From: Porphyridium purpureum
Lineage: Eukaryota
Assembly (NCBI GenBank): GCA_008690995.1
Contig: VRMN01000002.1
Location: forward strand, 806,001-870,000
Length of the DNA stretch: 64,000 nucleotides
Direction: 5' to 3'
The notes under the pieces were generated by a model. That model made no database searches. It was not told the DNA's origin and was given only the letters and a program-made list of their open reading frames with translations. Below, one piece after another: positions 51,227-62,394 of the stretch (positions are counted from its first letter, which is position 1; each line of letters begins with the position of its first letter). A program made the position numbers and the translations under genes.

Positions 51227-54200
51227 ATGGCGCAGGATATGGACATTCACCGCTTCAACAAGCAGCTCGCACCGGGTTACTCAGAGTTTATCGGACTGGA
51301 GCAGGCTGCACACTGCAGGGCCATCCAGTTGCTGACTGAGTCTATATTTGAGCGAGCACAGGCTCAAAAGCAGAACGGCGAAAACGGCGGCTTTGCGGGA
51401 GACGATGCCGCGGCGGATGCGGCGTCAGAGGCGTCTCGGAGCCTTGAGGCCTCGTGGGTCGAAGATGGGTACGATTGTCAGATGGAGCAAGACCTGTCTG
51501 CACTGGAGAAGGCGGTTGCGCGCCACTTGGACCTGAAACATATTCTTCCACTGGACACCATGACGCGGGCGCTCGAGTGCATGCTCCGCGGATGCCTTAG
51601 TCCCGGCATTGACTTGGGCTTACGCTCCAAGCTGTCACGGACGTGTGTGTGTATCATGCGCAAGCGCTCGCTCACGGAAGTCCCGTTTGGCATGCCGTGG
51701 CGTAAGATTGTGGACATCTTGTGGGAGGTGCATGTCGACTGTGCGAGCGGCGGGCCTTACGTCGGACGAGACGTACGGGACGCGCATTGCCGTAATATGC
51801 TGACGCTTTTGTGCAAGTGCCGCAACTACTTGCATCCTGAGGATACCGCGGAGAAGATTTGGGACGCGTTTGCACGTCGCATTCAAATCCACAGCGCGGA
51901 CCTCGCGTTCGGACCGCTACTCGTTTTGATCCATATCCTTCCGACGCGAGGGACGGCGTGGTCTGGATGGGTGCCCGAAGCGGCCACACTGTGGCGCCAG
52001 ATGGACTTTTCGCCAGATTGGGACTCGTCGTTCATGACTATTTTTGCGCGGCTGGCTAAGCACCAGCCGAATACGATTGACTGGACGGAGCACTTACCAC
52101 TGGTGTACGAACGCATTCCCGGCTCAATGAGGCTACCACTGGGCTCGGCCGCGCCGCAGGCGCCTGTGGAACGCCGCTGCCCCGCGCAGCTCGTGTTCCT
52201 CGAATCGTCCAAGATGACCGTATCTACGGCCGTCTTCTGCGTGCATTCACTCTCTCCCGCACGGCCGCAAGCGCTGGAATACTTTTCGCGATTGGTGAGG
52301 CTTATGGCCAATTTTTTCCATCCGAGCAATGGTGGCAAGTGGAGCCAGTTTCTCGCGAGCTTTCTTGGCCATTTTACCTCGGACCTGGCCAAGCGCGTGG
52401 CGCGCGAGCGTATGGCAACTCGTGCGGGTATTACCGAGCGCGTAGTGGGAAGTAACCAAATCAAGCCGGTGCCAGAGCTCGAGCACCGACTGGACACTGC
52501 CACGCTAGAGCGGCTTGTCGACATGTTGCTACCCTTGGTTCTTTTGGGGCTCCATGCAAAGAGTAACTATATGACGGTGCAATGTGCGGCATCGGCGCGC
52601 GACTTGGCTGTCATATCTCCCGATCGCGTGGTCACCGCGCTGCTGGACACCGCAACGGAGGCGCTCGGAGGTGCCGAGGGTACACCACATCGGACTTCCG
52701 CGGCGCTGAAAATGCTTGCGACGCTGACGCCCGTCTTTCTGGACGCTGATCTGCTTCCGCATGGGACCACGTACTTACCTCAAGCGCTCGAGCTCTCACT
52801 CCCGGGTATTGACGCGAACGACCCGTCGAAAACCGAAGCGACGTTTCGATTCATTGCTGGAGCGTCCGCGCGTCTTCAGTTGCAGTCATACGGGACGCGT
52901 TCTGACGACCCAAGTGGTAGTAATGGCAACGAGCTTGATGGCTTTTTGGAGGAGTACGTCGCGCAGCTGGTGGACCGCATATTTGCGTTGCTAGACGCGA
53001 TGGAGGCGCCGCCAAAAAAGAATAAGAGCGCTTCCGGGGCGTCATCTGCGCCCATGATATCGAGCTTTATCTTCTCGGTCGCCATGGAGAATTTATTTGG
53101 CGCGTTGAGCCCGCAGACCATCTACTCGGTGGGCGAACGCGTGCTCCAGCAAATCTCAGGCGCGGCTAAGATGAATGCTCTCAAGTTTTACGGCGCGCTT
53201 GTGCGCATACTGTCTGCGGGGATGAATAACGCCCCACCTGGCAAGCCACACCGCGGTAGCCTGTTTATTCCCGTGCTTTTGAATCAGATCGTTGAAGGCC
53301 GTGGTCAGGAGCAGAAGCAGGGTGGGAGTGCACATGACGATGGTGCTGCAGATCTCGATCACGACGATCAGTCGCGCCTGCCGAGGGGTCCGAGCATGCG
53401 ATTGAAGAGCGTGCGGGACGAGGGTTTGCGACTGTCGAGTCTGAGCGAAGAGGAGCTTGTGTGGAGGCTACGGATGCTTGCACAGGCCTGCCGCTCGTGT
53501 AACAGCGTTTCGCAGTATTATTTACACGTCTTCGATGCGGTGCGGCTTGCGTTCCAGCACGAGAGCCGCGCGGTCTACAAGGCTGGCGGCCGGCTGCTTC
53601 GGGGGCTATTGGAAGGGCTCACATCAACTCGCATGCTCTTTGGCACAGGCTCCGAGAGCGCGCAGTCTGGCTCAGACGGCGCGGCGTACTCATTTGAGTG
53701 GTACGTTCCATCATCCAAGGAGTGGGATGCCGCGGCCTTGCTTGTTCAAAATTGCGTGTACGAAATTGAGCACATTGTGTATGGGTGCTCTTTTGGGCGC
53801 GACAAGCCCGAAGAAAAAGAATGGGTAGATGTTTACGGTGCGCAAAGTGAGTCTATGGCCTTGGATCGTGAACGGCTGTTTCGCGCGCTTCGCTATCTGC
53901 ACGCTGTGCAGCGCGGTGGTCGGTGGTTGCTGAGCGGCGCGGTGCCCGAGCGCATGGAAAAGGTTAACCTGGATGCTCCGATCAAGGCCGAGTCGATGGA
54001 TGTTGCCGAACGCATCCGCGTTGCTAAGTTGTGTCTGATCAAGCCAGTACGGGGGAACGCCGGCGGCGAGATAGGCGATGCCGCACGATCGCGCGCCGTG
54101 CAGTTGTGGGATCGCTTGCATTCTGTGATGTGTGTACTATCAGAACAGATTCTGCTGCGCAAGCCAGACGACGGACTGTTGCTGTATCGCAGTCTGGAGC

Positions 54201-57200
54201 CGTTTGAGCTGGCGCACGAGCCGTTCCGCCGCTCGTCACAAGGACGCATGACGGCACACGCGGCGCGTGGGTACAAGGCGGCGTACAAGCCTGTGATTGC
54301 CATGAAAGCGCGGTATGGTGAACCTGGAGGGGCGGGGCGAGGCATGCCGCGCTTCATTCAAAAGCTGCGGCTTGAAGCGCTGCATGACGTGCGACTAGAT
54401 GTTATGGCGCGCGGCGGCATGTGCAGTGATGCTTTGTTTGGGCGTATCATGGACCACCTCACCATCATGGCGCTGAACGATTTTCCGAACGTTCGCTATG
54501 AAGCCCGCGGTGTACTCACGCGTGCGCTTCGCGTGGCGCCAATGAGGCAGCGTCGCAAACACATCATCAAGGTGATTGGCGAGCTAGAGGAAGCTGCCCT
54601 GGTGATTGGCAAGACCGGGGGCCCACAAGAGAAGATGAAGGCTGCAGACACGCAACCAAACGGCACGGAAAGTGTACCTGCGCGCAAATTGTCGTCTTCT
54701 GAAGTTAAGTACGAAAAGCTCATGGGCGCGGCTGATATTCTACGGTCTTCGGCGGCATCTCCATACATCATGCGTGAATGGGATCTGTTTACACTTATTG
54801 GGCGCTCGATCTCCCATTCAATGCTAGCTGCCGAGCGCGCGGATGCGGCAATCATTGTGGGATCCCTTTTCACGAAGCTGGCCGCGCTTGCTCGTCCGCT
54901 TAATCTGGGTTCATTGCGACTGGACTTGTCTCCGTTTGTGTCACCTGGCACGGAGGATTCAGTCAAAGTAGATCCTCTGTACAACATGCCGCGCTCGGCG
55001 TCGCGCGCCAAGCTCGTACAGCGTGCGCTTGCTGAGAGTCATGTGCAGGGCGGGAGTTCTGACGTTTTCCGTGGCAGGGAGCGCTACGATCAGCTGAATG
55101 ATTATTTGCTGGCGCAAGCGGGTCTGGAGCAGGCCCGCGCCGATAAGGCGCAAGAGTCCAAGGGAGAATTCGATCGTGTAGTTGGTGCATCGTCGACGGC
55201 GCGCGGTGTCGCCAGCGACGCAGCGCACTGGCGGCTTCAGTGTATGGTCGCGACGATTCTTTACATTGGGTTGCGCTCAGACATCGCACCAAAGCCGTCG
55301 GTCGTACAATTTTTGTGCCGTTCGGTGAAACCAGAGGTCATTGCTCTGCGGCAAGTTGCGCTCAAATCGGTCGCGCTGTTGGTGGCCCTGTCCGAGCGGC
55401 GACGCGAGATGAGTGTTGGAACAGAGAATGCCCCTTGCGCGATTGCCGAAGAGGACGAATTGATCAAGACAATGAAGGGAGTCCTGTGCGACAGCGAGTT
55501 CATGCAAGATTTTCTCCACAAGCTGTCGCTGGATCAGGCCGACGAAATGGGTTCGGACGGTTATAGCGACGGCGGCTACAGTGACAATGTGTTTGCTGGC
55601 CTGTCCATGATGTCGCTTGCAAAGAACGTGGATGGTGATGCATGCTGGGCGCTTGTTGGTGGGCGGCCATGGCCGTCATCTTGGATACCCCGCTCACGTG
55701 ACACATTTGGTATCGTTCGAGTTCGTCTGTTTGAAGCCCTTGCCTACTCGTTCGGCGACGAAATCGTAGACGTGTTTGAGCCTGTGCTGAGCAAGCTTCT
55801 CAAAGAAGCTGCGCTCTTTCCGGGCGTCGCTGAAGACACCTGCCGCGTCACCGCCGCCGAGACGGTAGCTGGCATATGCCGAGGGCTGCGCACTAATTAT
55901 CTTTCGTCTGCTAGCAGCGAGCAGGTCAGCAGTGAACTTCGAGAGCAGCGTATTGAGCGAGCGTTGAAGTGGGTGGACATGATCTTGGAAAGTTTGTCTG
56001 GGCAAGAAGGAATGGTGAATGGTGGCACGTTTCTGCGGCTGATTGCGTCGAGCGATATTGAAGGAGCCGTGGGCCCCGAGCTCGGCCTGAGGTTAGCTAG
56101 ACGCATGGTGGGCGAGGGTGCCACGGCTTTGGTTGAGCTGTCAGCTCCGGCGCATTTGCAGGCGAAGAAGTTGCGCTTCTTGCACTCTCTGATCGCGGAC
56201 TGCCCGCCCACGCACCCGCAAGGTGCGCGTGTGGCGTCGCTGGTGGCCAGTGAATTGTGCAAGTCGCGGGAGTTGTTCTCCCATCCGCTGAAGCACGTCC
56301 GTGAAGAAATTGCGCGTTGCATGTCGCTCTTCTCGTCCTTTAGCACACCGGCGTCGATTGAATCGTTTGAGGCGTCATGCCGCGTAATTGCTGATTGTCT
56401 GAAGCTGCCGGCGTCAGATTTGGCAGAGGCAAAGGACGGCACACGTGCTTCCGTTCTTGGCGATGCTTCTTCATTTGCGGCAGCCGAAGAAAACATTGCT
56501 CAAGAGCTCAAGAAGGAGCGCTCACGCGGTGGGGAGACTCTGTCGCGCTGGATTTCTGTCGTTCACTGGAATGGCGATACGCAGCGCTTCGCGCGCTATT
56601 TTCCACTTTTACTGCCTGCGCTTTTTGCATCGCTGGATGAGGGAGACAAAGAGCGGCTCTCACATGCTCGCCTGGCGCTGTCGCTTTCATCTCAGGCAAA
56701 GTTCTCTCGCGAAATCATTGACCAGATCATTGCGGTGATCCATGTGGCGACGCAGTCGAAGCGCTGGCGCATTCGTGGTGGCGTGCTTCCGTTTGTGCAG
56801 GTCGTTTCGTTCTGTCGCCTGTTTTCGGCATCAGATGCCCAGCTGCATGAGCTGCGCGATATTCAACTCGCGCTTCTGCGAGACGACCAGATCGAAGTGC
56901 GTGAGGCGGCATGTCTGACACTGATTCCGAGCATCCGTGATGCTCCACAGTCTGTGGTTGTTGACGTGCGGCAGTCGATGCTGCAGTTGCTGCGGGACAC
57001 AGAGGACGATATGGTCAAGACGCGCCGCCGCCGTCGTGTCGCAGAAGCCGCGGCGCCGCCGCCGAACCCGAAAGCGGTGGATCCAAAGCGGATCGTGCAA
57101 CGCCACGCTGCGATTCTTGGTCTTTCAGCGCTCGTGATGTCAAGCCCGTACGACATTCCGGACTGGATGCCGGAACTACTGCTGGAGCTTGCAAAGACCA

Positions 57201-57358
57201 TTAACAATGTGGCTCCAATCAGCACCTCCGTCCAGAAGCTCTTTGCCGATTTTTGGCGCACGCACAGGGATGAGTGGCAGACGCACCGGCTGAAGTTCAA
57301 TGATGAAGAGCGCGAAATTGTGTCCGAGCTGCTGATCTCGCCGTCATACTATGCCTAG
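51227..57358 (+). CDS. PSME4: Proteasome activator PA200/Blm10
   Basis: 2043-aa helical-repeat protein; FFHPSNGGKW, LPGIDANDPSKT, PYDIPDWMP, FWRTHRDEW and C-terminal SPSYYA (HbYX). Confidence 0.95.
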   Translation: MAQDMDIHRFNKQLAPGYSEFIGLEQAAHCRAIQLLTESIFERAQAQKQNGENGGFAGDDAAADAASEASRSLEASWVEDGYDCQMEQDLSALEKAVARHLDLKHILPLDTMTRALECMLRGCLSPGIDLGLRSKLSRTCVCIMRKRSLTEVPFGMPWRKIVDILWEVHVDCASGGPYVGRDVRDAHCRNMLTLLCKCRNYLHPEDTAEKIWDAFARRIQIHSADLAFGPLLVLIHILPTRGTAWSGWVPEAATLWRQMDFSPDWDSSFMTIFARLAKHQPNTIDWTEHLPLVYERIPGSMRLPLGSAAPQAPVERRCPAQLVFLESSKMTVSTAVFCVHSLSPARPQALEYFSRLVRLMANFFHPSNGGKWSQFLASFLGHFTSDLAKRVARERMATRAGITERVVGSNQIKPVPELEHRLDTATLERLVDMLLPLVLLGLHAKSNYMTVQCAASARDLAVISPDRVVTALLDTATEALGGAEGTPHRTSAALKMLATLTPVFLDADLLPHGTTYLPQALELSLPGIDANDPSKTEATFRFIAGASARLQLQSYGTRSDDPSGSNGNELDGFLEEYVAQLVDRIFALLDAMEAPPKKNKSASGASSAPMISSFIFSVAMENLFGALSPQTIYSVGERVLQQISGAAKMNALKFYGALVRILSAGMNNAPPGKPHRGSLFIPVLLNQIVEGRGQEQKQGGSAHDDGAADLDHDDQSRLPRGPSMRLKSVRDEGLRLSSLSEEELVWRLRMLAQACRSCNSVSQYYLHVFDAVRLAFQHESRAVYKAGGRLLRGLLEGLTSTRMLFGTGSESAQSGSDGAAYSFEWYVPSSKEWDAAALLVQNCVYEIEHIVYGCSFGRDKPEEKEWVDVYGAQSESMALDRERLFRALRYLHAVQRGGRWLLSGAVPERMEKVNLDAPIKAESMDVAERIRVAKLCLIKPVRGNAGGEIGDAARSRAVQLWDRLHSVMCVLSEQILLRKPDDGLLLYRSLEPFELAHEPFRRSSQGRMTAHAARGYKAAYKPVIAMKARYGEPGGAGRGMPRFIQKLRLEALHDVRLDVMARGGMCSDALFGRIMDHLTIMALNDFPNVRYEARGVLTRALRVAPMRQRRKHIIKVIGELEEAALVIGKTGGPQEKMKAADTQPNGTESVPARKLSSSEVKYEKLMGAADILRSSAASPYIMREWDLFTLIGRSISHSMLAAERADAAIIVGSLFTKLAALARPLNLGSLRLDLSPFVSPGTEDSVKVDPLYNMPRSASRAKLVQRALAESHVQGGSSDVFRGRERYDQLNDYLLAQAGLEQARADKAQESKGEFDRVVGASSTARGVASDAAHWRLQCMVATILYIGLRSDIAPKPSVVQFLCRSVKPEVIALRQVALKSVALLVALSERRREMSVGTENAPCAIAEEDELIKTMKGVLCDSEFMQDFLHKLSLDQADEMGSDGYSDGGYSDNVFAGLSMMSLAKNVDGDACWALVGGRPWPSSWIPRSRDTFGIVRVRLFEALAYSFGDEIVDVFEPVLSKLLKEAALFPGVAEDTCRVTAAETVAGICRGLRTNYLSSASSEQVSSELREQRIERALKWVDMILESLSGQEGMVNGGTFLRLIASSDIEGAVGPELGLRLARRMVGEGATALVELSAPAHLQAKKLRFLHSLIADCPPTHPQGARVASLVASELCKSRELFSHPLKHVREEIARCMSLFSSFSTPASIESFEASCRVIADCLKLPASDLAEAKDGTRASVLGDASSFAAAEENIAQELKKERSRGGETLSRWISVVHWNGDTQRFARYFPLLLPALFASLDEGDKERLSHARLALSLSSQAKFSREIIDQIIAVIHVATQSKRWRIRGGVLPFVQVVSFCRLFSASDAQLHELRDIQLALLRDDQIEVREAACLTLIPSIRDAPQSVVVDVRQSMLQLLRDTEDDMVKTRRRRRVAEAAAPPPNPKAVDPKRIVQRHAAILGLSALVMSSPYDIPDWMPELLLELAKTINNVAPISTSVQKLFADFWRTHRDEWQTHRLKFNDEEREIVSELLISPSYYA

Positions 57359-58125
57359 TTCTAGACGTGGTGGATGTGGGACATGAACATAAAGTTTCTG
57401 GACGTTGTATTAGCATTTTTCCGTGCCGCCTTGCGACGTCCAGTGATCAAGAGTCGCGGAGAGTGAGCCAGTCTTTTCACTCTTGATTAACACAGACCCG
57501 CAACTCGTGACCGCGAGAAGGAGCTCTGACAGTTGATGTCTTTTCGGCCTTCCTGTCACGTGAGAAGCTCTTGAGCACGAAGTGTTCCGATTCGTCGCGG
57601 GCCCAGTCAGGAGACAATTTCCAGAATGGCTACTTTGCGCGAAGCACACGGAAAGCTATACAGATAGACGGATGGCCGGCCACCTTGCACGAGTGTTGAA
57701 GTCATGCATGCAGTCGTCGTCGCCTCGCGCAAGCGCCCGGCGAGCGCTTCTCACTCGAACGGTTCGATCACAGCAGTAGGCTGATTTCGCCGGCGAAACG
57801 ATTGTGCTCCGTTCCGCGGAAATGGAGCACGTCGGTCTGAGGCGCGGCACGAGTGCGAGAGCGCGGCGTACGGGCACCGAGACACATCTGGCCATACCGA
57901 ATTTTGCGGAGGAGAAGCTGAGAGCAGGGCTGAATCTTTGAAGAAGATGAGCTGTGTGACGGCGCAGCGTGATGTGCCGCTGCCGTCGCTATAAAATCGG
58001 TGCTCGCAAGGGCATGCGCGTGACATGAAGCTGGTGGAGAAACACTCTCGTAAGAAAGGAGTCGAGAAGGACGTGGACTCAAGCGCAGCAATTGAACTGA
58101 GGGCTCGTGGGCGAGGACAAGAGAG

Positions 58126-59814
58126 ATGGAGACCATTGTGTACAACGTTGAGCCCTTCTCCGGGACGACACAGATGCAGCCATGGATTTGGGTCTTCGCA
58201 TGCTGCTTGATTGCGTCCTTCCTGCAAGGTGCGGCCATGGGGGCGAATGATCTTGCAAACTGCTTTGGTACTTCCGTAGGTGCCAAGGTATTGACAGTGA
58301 CGCAGGCATGTATTGCAGCATCCATCTTTATCACGCTGGGATCCATGACCATAGGATCCAAAGTCGCCAAGACAGTGGGCAAGGGCATTGTGAACTACAA
58401 GCTGTTCGCAGACATTCCGCAGCTCTTCATCTTGGGCATGCTGACGGCCGCCATCTCGGCCGGCGTGTGGGTGGCATTCGCAACGTGGCTGAGCATGCCT
58501 GTGTCCACAACACATTCGATTGTGGGCTCAGTAACCGGTTTTGGACTCGTGCAGTTTGGTGGATCTGGTATTGAGTGGTGGCCGGGCGTGGGCAAAATTG
58601 TCATCTCGTGGGTGGCGTCACCGCTTGTGACGGGTATTTTCTCGGTATCTTTCTATTTGGTTGCCAAGTACTGGTTCCTGCGAAAAGCACAGCAAGACGA
58701 GTCACGCCTCGCCTGGGCCTTGACGCAGCAGATCTATTACATGGCCATCGTTCTGTGGTTGGCCTTTCTCACTTTTCTGATCTTTGTGACCTTCCAGTAC
58801 GATGAGAACGCGGTAGGTATGAACTTGGGCATTTCTTTTGGCGTGGCCTCGGCAATCGCAGTGGTATGGATTGCTGGCATGCATGAACCCATCAATGCGT
58901 ACCTTGCAAAGCGCGGACTCGTGGGTGGATTTATGGACGAAGAAGAGATTGCGGTCAAGGACATAGATGAAATAGGCAGCTTGGCAGGCAGCGTGCATGA
59001 TGAAGAGAATGGATCCTCTCCAGCATCGACGGGAGAACCAAATCTTTTAGTTACTGGAAGCGTCACTTCGAATGCCATGTCGGTGGTGAGCTCGGTGTTG
59101 AGGTCGGACGCAGACATTCGCGAAGAAGGACTCCCGCCAAACGACATATGGCACCCGGAGCTGGAATCGCGCTTTGCGTTCGGACAAATGGTGTCTGCGT
59201 GTTACGAGGCAATTTCATTTGGCGCAAACGACATTGGGAACGCGAGCGGTACACTCATTGCCGTTTTCCAAACCATCGAGTATGCGAGCATTGTGAGCAA
59301 ACCACAACCAGAATACTGGGCGCTCGCATACTGCACGGTAGGAATTCTTGTGGGCCTTTTCCTTTTCGGTACGAATGTGATGCGTACCATCGGTCAAAAC
59401 ATCACGCTCATGACACCAATACGGGGATTGAGTGCTGAGCTAGCCACTGCCTTTTCCGTACTGATTGCGTCATACCTGGGAATTCCAGTTTCTACCACGC
59501 ATTGCAGCGTCGGAGGAGTTATTGGCGCCGGCCTGTGCGAGACAAAGGGCTACAAAAAGGTGAACTGGAAACTACTGCTCAAGGTCTTCGCATCGTGGGT
59601 ATTCACCTTGCCAGTTGCCATGGGCTTGAATGCGCTAATATACGTAATATGCCGTGGCGGTACTCAAGGTCAATGGTTCGTTCCGCCTGCAGATGTAGTC
59701 GGCAACGGTGTTGAAGGCGACTTCAACGACTATGAGTACACATGCGTCGGAAATGCAAACATCCAGACTTGTACGGTCAAGTTTTCGTCTCATGTCCTGC
59801 AGGTTGGAATGTGA
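58126..59814 (+). CDS. Inorganic phosphate transporter, PiT/PHO4 (SLC20) family
   Basis: GANDLAN and GANDIGN signatures; PVSTTH twice; multiple TM helices. Confidence 0.95.
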   Translation: METIVYNVEPFSGTTQMQPWIWVFACCLIASFLQGAAMGANDLANCFGTSVGAKVLTVTQACIAASIFITLGSMTIGSKVAKTVGKGIVNYKLFADIPQLFILGMLTAAISAGVWVAFATWLSMPVSTTHSIVGSVTGFGLVQFGGSGIEWWPGVGKIVISWVASPLVTGIFSVSFYLVAKYWFLRKAQQDESRLAWALTQQIYYMAIVLWLAFLTFLIFVTFQYDENAVGMNLGISFGVASAIAVVWIAGMHEPINAYLAKRGLVGGFMDEEEIAVKDIDEIGSLAGSVHDEENGSSPASTGEPNLLVTGSVTSNAMSVVSSVLRSDADIREEGLPPNDIWHPELESRFAFGQMVSACYEAISFGANDIGNASGTLIAVFQTIEYASIVSKPQPEYWALAYCTVGILVGLFLFGTNVMRTIGQNITLMTPIRGLSAELATAFSVLIASYLGIPVSTTHCSVGGVIGAGLCETKGYKKVNWKLLLKVFASWVFTLPVAMGLNALIYVICRGGTQGQWFVPPADVVGNGVEGDFNDYEYTCVGNANIQTCTVKFSSHVLQVGM

Positions 59815-60498
59815 TAGCTGACAGAGAATCTTCTGGTCGGCACGTTTTGAATGTCTGCTATCTTTGTTCTTCTCCAAGTGCTCAAAGTTCTATTAAGTTC
59901 ATGCGTGGTGGCAAAACCTGCGCTCGGGCGCCGAGATACGCGCAGTCGAAACATTGTTAGCTTTTGCAGCAGGCGCATTGTTGTTTCTATACACCAAGGA
60001 GTGCAAATAATAAAGGTGTGATGAATAGTTGTTTGTAATTGGAGTCACCAGACTCTTTAGTCCCATGCGTGCAACTGCTCCAGGACAGTTTACGTGTCCC
60101 CACCCTGTCGGGTGGTTGCCATCGTGAAAATGATACGCTTTTCAAGTTCATGTTGCACGCACAGCGCGCAGAAAGGATGCATAGGTGCCTGCGCAAGCAA
60201 TGAGAGTCTTGGCGCCAAGACTGCAGATGTGCGCACTATTGCGCCACAATACAAATGTGTGCAAGCCGAAGCACAAACGTGTGGTGGGAGAAACAATACG
60301 TAGGGATTCAGCTGATTTGCATTCCTTTGATTCCGTCTCTCACGTCTGTCCGAAATCTCCGAGAGAGCTATGACTCTCCTGCAATTTATATCAAGCGTCC
60401 GCATGCCAAACTTAGCCGGCATGCAAACTTGTACCGAGCTTTCTAACGTTAAAATTTTGCGATGCTCCGCTCCATTGAGTGCGAACGCTTCTTGTTCA

Positions 60499-62286
60499 TC
60501 AACCAGGACGTCCCAACACTCCCGACCCTTCAATTCGCTCGTACGCTTGCTTCATGACATTGTATACATCGGCATACTCGCGTCGCGGTTTTGCCACACA
60601 AGTTTCGGTCGGCGCCAAATGGTTCACCGTCTCCCCGAATGCAATGTACGTGCCGGCTTGGTGACACAGCAGGGCGTGCCTCGCGCGCAGCGCGGCGCCC
60701 AAAGCAGCCGAGTTGTGCTCTGGTTGCGTAAAAATCTCGACCTGGAGGACATCCGCGAGTATTTGAGCAAATACTTGAGACCGTGCGCCACCCCCGGTAA
60801 GCAAAATGCGCTTGGGTGTCACTCCCAGATGCGCCATGTGCTGCGCAGCGGCTATCGCACGATACTCGAGCACAGCGCGGCACCGCTGCGCATGCGTGAT
60901 GCTCCTCACACGATCTGATGCTGGATCAAGTGGTTCTGGACTTGTGGAAGCTTCTGCATAATCGAAGAACAGTGCATCATCGTAAGAGTGCGTAACACGC
61001 GGAACAATTTCCGAAACGAGGAAAAAGACGCCCAAAATCCCGTTGTTGCCGGGAGGAGAAGACGCGTCGTTTTCAACAAGTGCTTCGAATTCACTCCATG
61101 AGCAAGCGGTACCCTTGACGCTCTCGCGAGTCAAGCTGCCGTTCGAGTAGCAAATCAGCGGTAAGAACTGCTTTGGCGCCAAGGGTGATCGATACACATG
61201 GCCAACAAGCGTTGGTGTGGCCTCGTGAGAGAGTCCAAAAACAGTGTCGCTGGTGCCAAGCGACATGACGAGATCACCTGCAGCCAGACGCAAACCAGCC
61301 ACGGAATTCGGATTATCTCCGGACGATGCACTCACCAGCGCGCCAGCAGGAAAGCCATACTTTTCGACAAAATAGCGATTCACTCTTCCTTGTATGTCAT
61401 ACGAATGCACCGGCCTTTCACAGAGTTTGGTCCTCAAGTCGGGCGCCACGCAACGGAGCATGGTGTCTGACCACTCCATCGGTTCAGACTGAATTTCAGC
61501 GAGCAGCATGCCAGAGCCATCGGCCACGTCGTCGCTAGCGTAGTCTCCGATGAGTATGGACGCTATGAGCGTCGAAATGAGCATGATTCGGTCGGTATTC
61601 CTGTAGTCTAGCGGCCGTTCGATCGCTATCTTCATAATTTGAGGTGCGGTATACCGTTCGTACGCGCGAGACCCGGTGAGCTGCGCCACAAAGTCGGCCC
61701 CGCCTGCCAGCTTTTCAATCGCATCACAGTGAGCTGAAGTGGATGCGTCCATCCACACAGGAGACGCTTCGACTGCGAACGCGCGTGCGCGCTGAAGCTC
61801 TTGATATAAACAGGTACTTGCAGAGTTGACACTAGCTCCATTTTCTCCGGAGTGGCTGTGGCCGCAAAATTGTCTCATTGCCTCGATCCCGCGGCGCGTC
61901 CAAAATACAGATCCATGCTGCTGTCCAGACGCACTCACCGCGCGCACACGGTCAAACGGAAAGCCGTTAGCGCGCATCTTGTCAAACAGCAGCTCGATAC
62001 CGTGCACAAACATCACAGATGGCGAGGTCACGCGGGTGCCATCTCGATGCACGCCACCTTGGGTCCCATACATGGAAAGCTCAGAGTCGAAGCTGACCGT
62101 ACTGTATGTGGACGAGGCTCCATACACCTTTCCTTGTGCGTCAAGCACTACCGCCTTGATACTCTGCGTTGACACATCAAGTCCTAGATATAATCCAGCA
62201 TCCGCATCGTCTTTACCAACATTGCCGCTGTCATGACGTGCATCGTGACGCACACCGCTCCGCCCATCTACGGGTATACCATCCAT
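60499..62286 (-). CDS. XYLB: Xylulose kinase (FGGY family, eukaryotic type)
   Basis: YLGLDVSTQSIK, SGQQHGSVFW, WMDAST, TGSRAYERYT, GDNPNS, SLGTSDT, CYSNGSLTRE and TGGG. Confidence 0.93.
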   Translation of the reverse strand: MDGIPVDGRSGVRHDARHDSGNVGKDDADAGLYLGLDVSTQSIKAVVLDAQGKVYGASSTYSTVSFDSELSMYGTQGGVHRDGTRVTSPSVMFVHGIELLFDKMRANGFPFDRVRAVSASGQQHGSVFWTRRGIEAMRQFCGHSHSGENGASVNSASTCLYQELQRARAFAVEASPVWMDASTSAHCDAIEKLAGGADFVAQLTGSRAYERYTAPQIMKIAIERPLDYRNTDRIMLISTLIASILIGDYASDDVADGSGMLLAEIQSEPMEWSDTMLRCVAPDLRTKLCERPVHSYDIQGRVNRYFVEKYGFPAGALVSASSGDNPNSVAGLRLAAGDLVMSLGTSDTVFGLSHEATPTLVGHVYRSPLAPKQFLPLICYSNGSLTRESVKGTACSWSEFEALVENDASSPPGNNGILGVFFLVSEIVPRVTHSYDDALFFDYAEASTSPEPLDPASDRVRSITHAQRCRAVLEYRAIAAAQHMAHLGVTPKRILLTGGGARSQVFAQILADVLQVEIFTQPEHNSAALGAALRARHALLCHQAGTYIAFGETVNHLAPTETCVAKPRREYADVYNVMKQAYERIEGSGVLGRPG

Positions 62287-62394
62287 GCTCGCCCCAGAAG
62301 ATCTCTCAACCTCTGGCTCCCTCCAGCTCGATCACGTCTGAAGCAGAAAGGTTGGTTCGAGGCAAGAGAACGAGGAGGTTGAAAGGTGGGGAGG

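Noticed and set aside
50330..51250. ORFs between the SUN and PA200 genes
   Set aside because: Low-complexity products of purine-skewed non-coding DNA.
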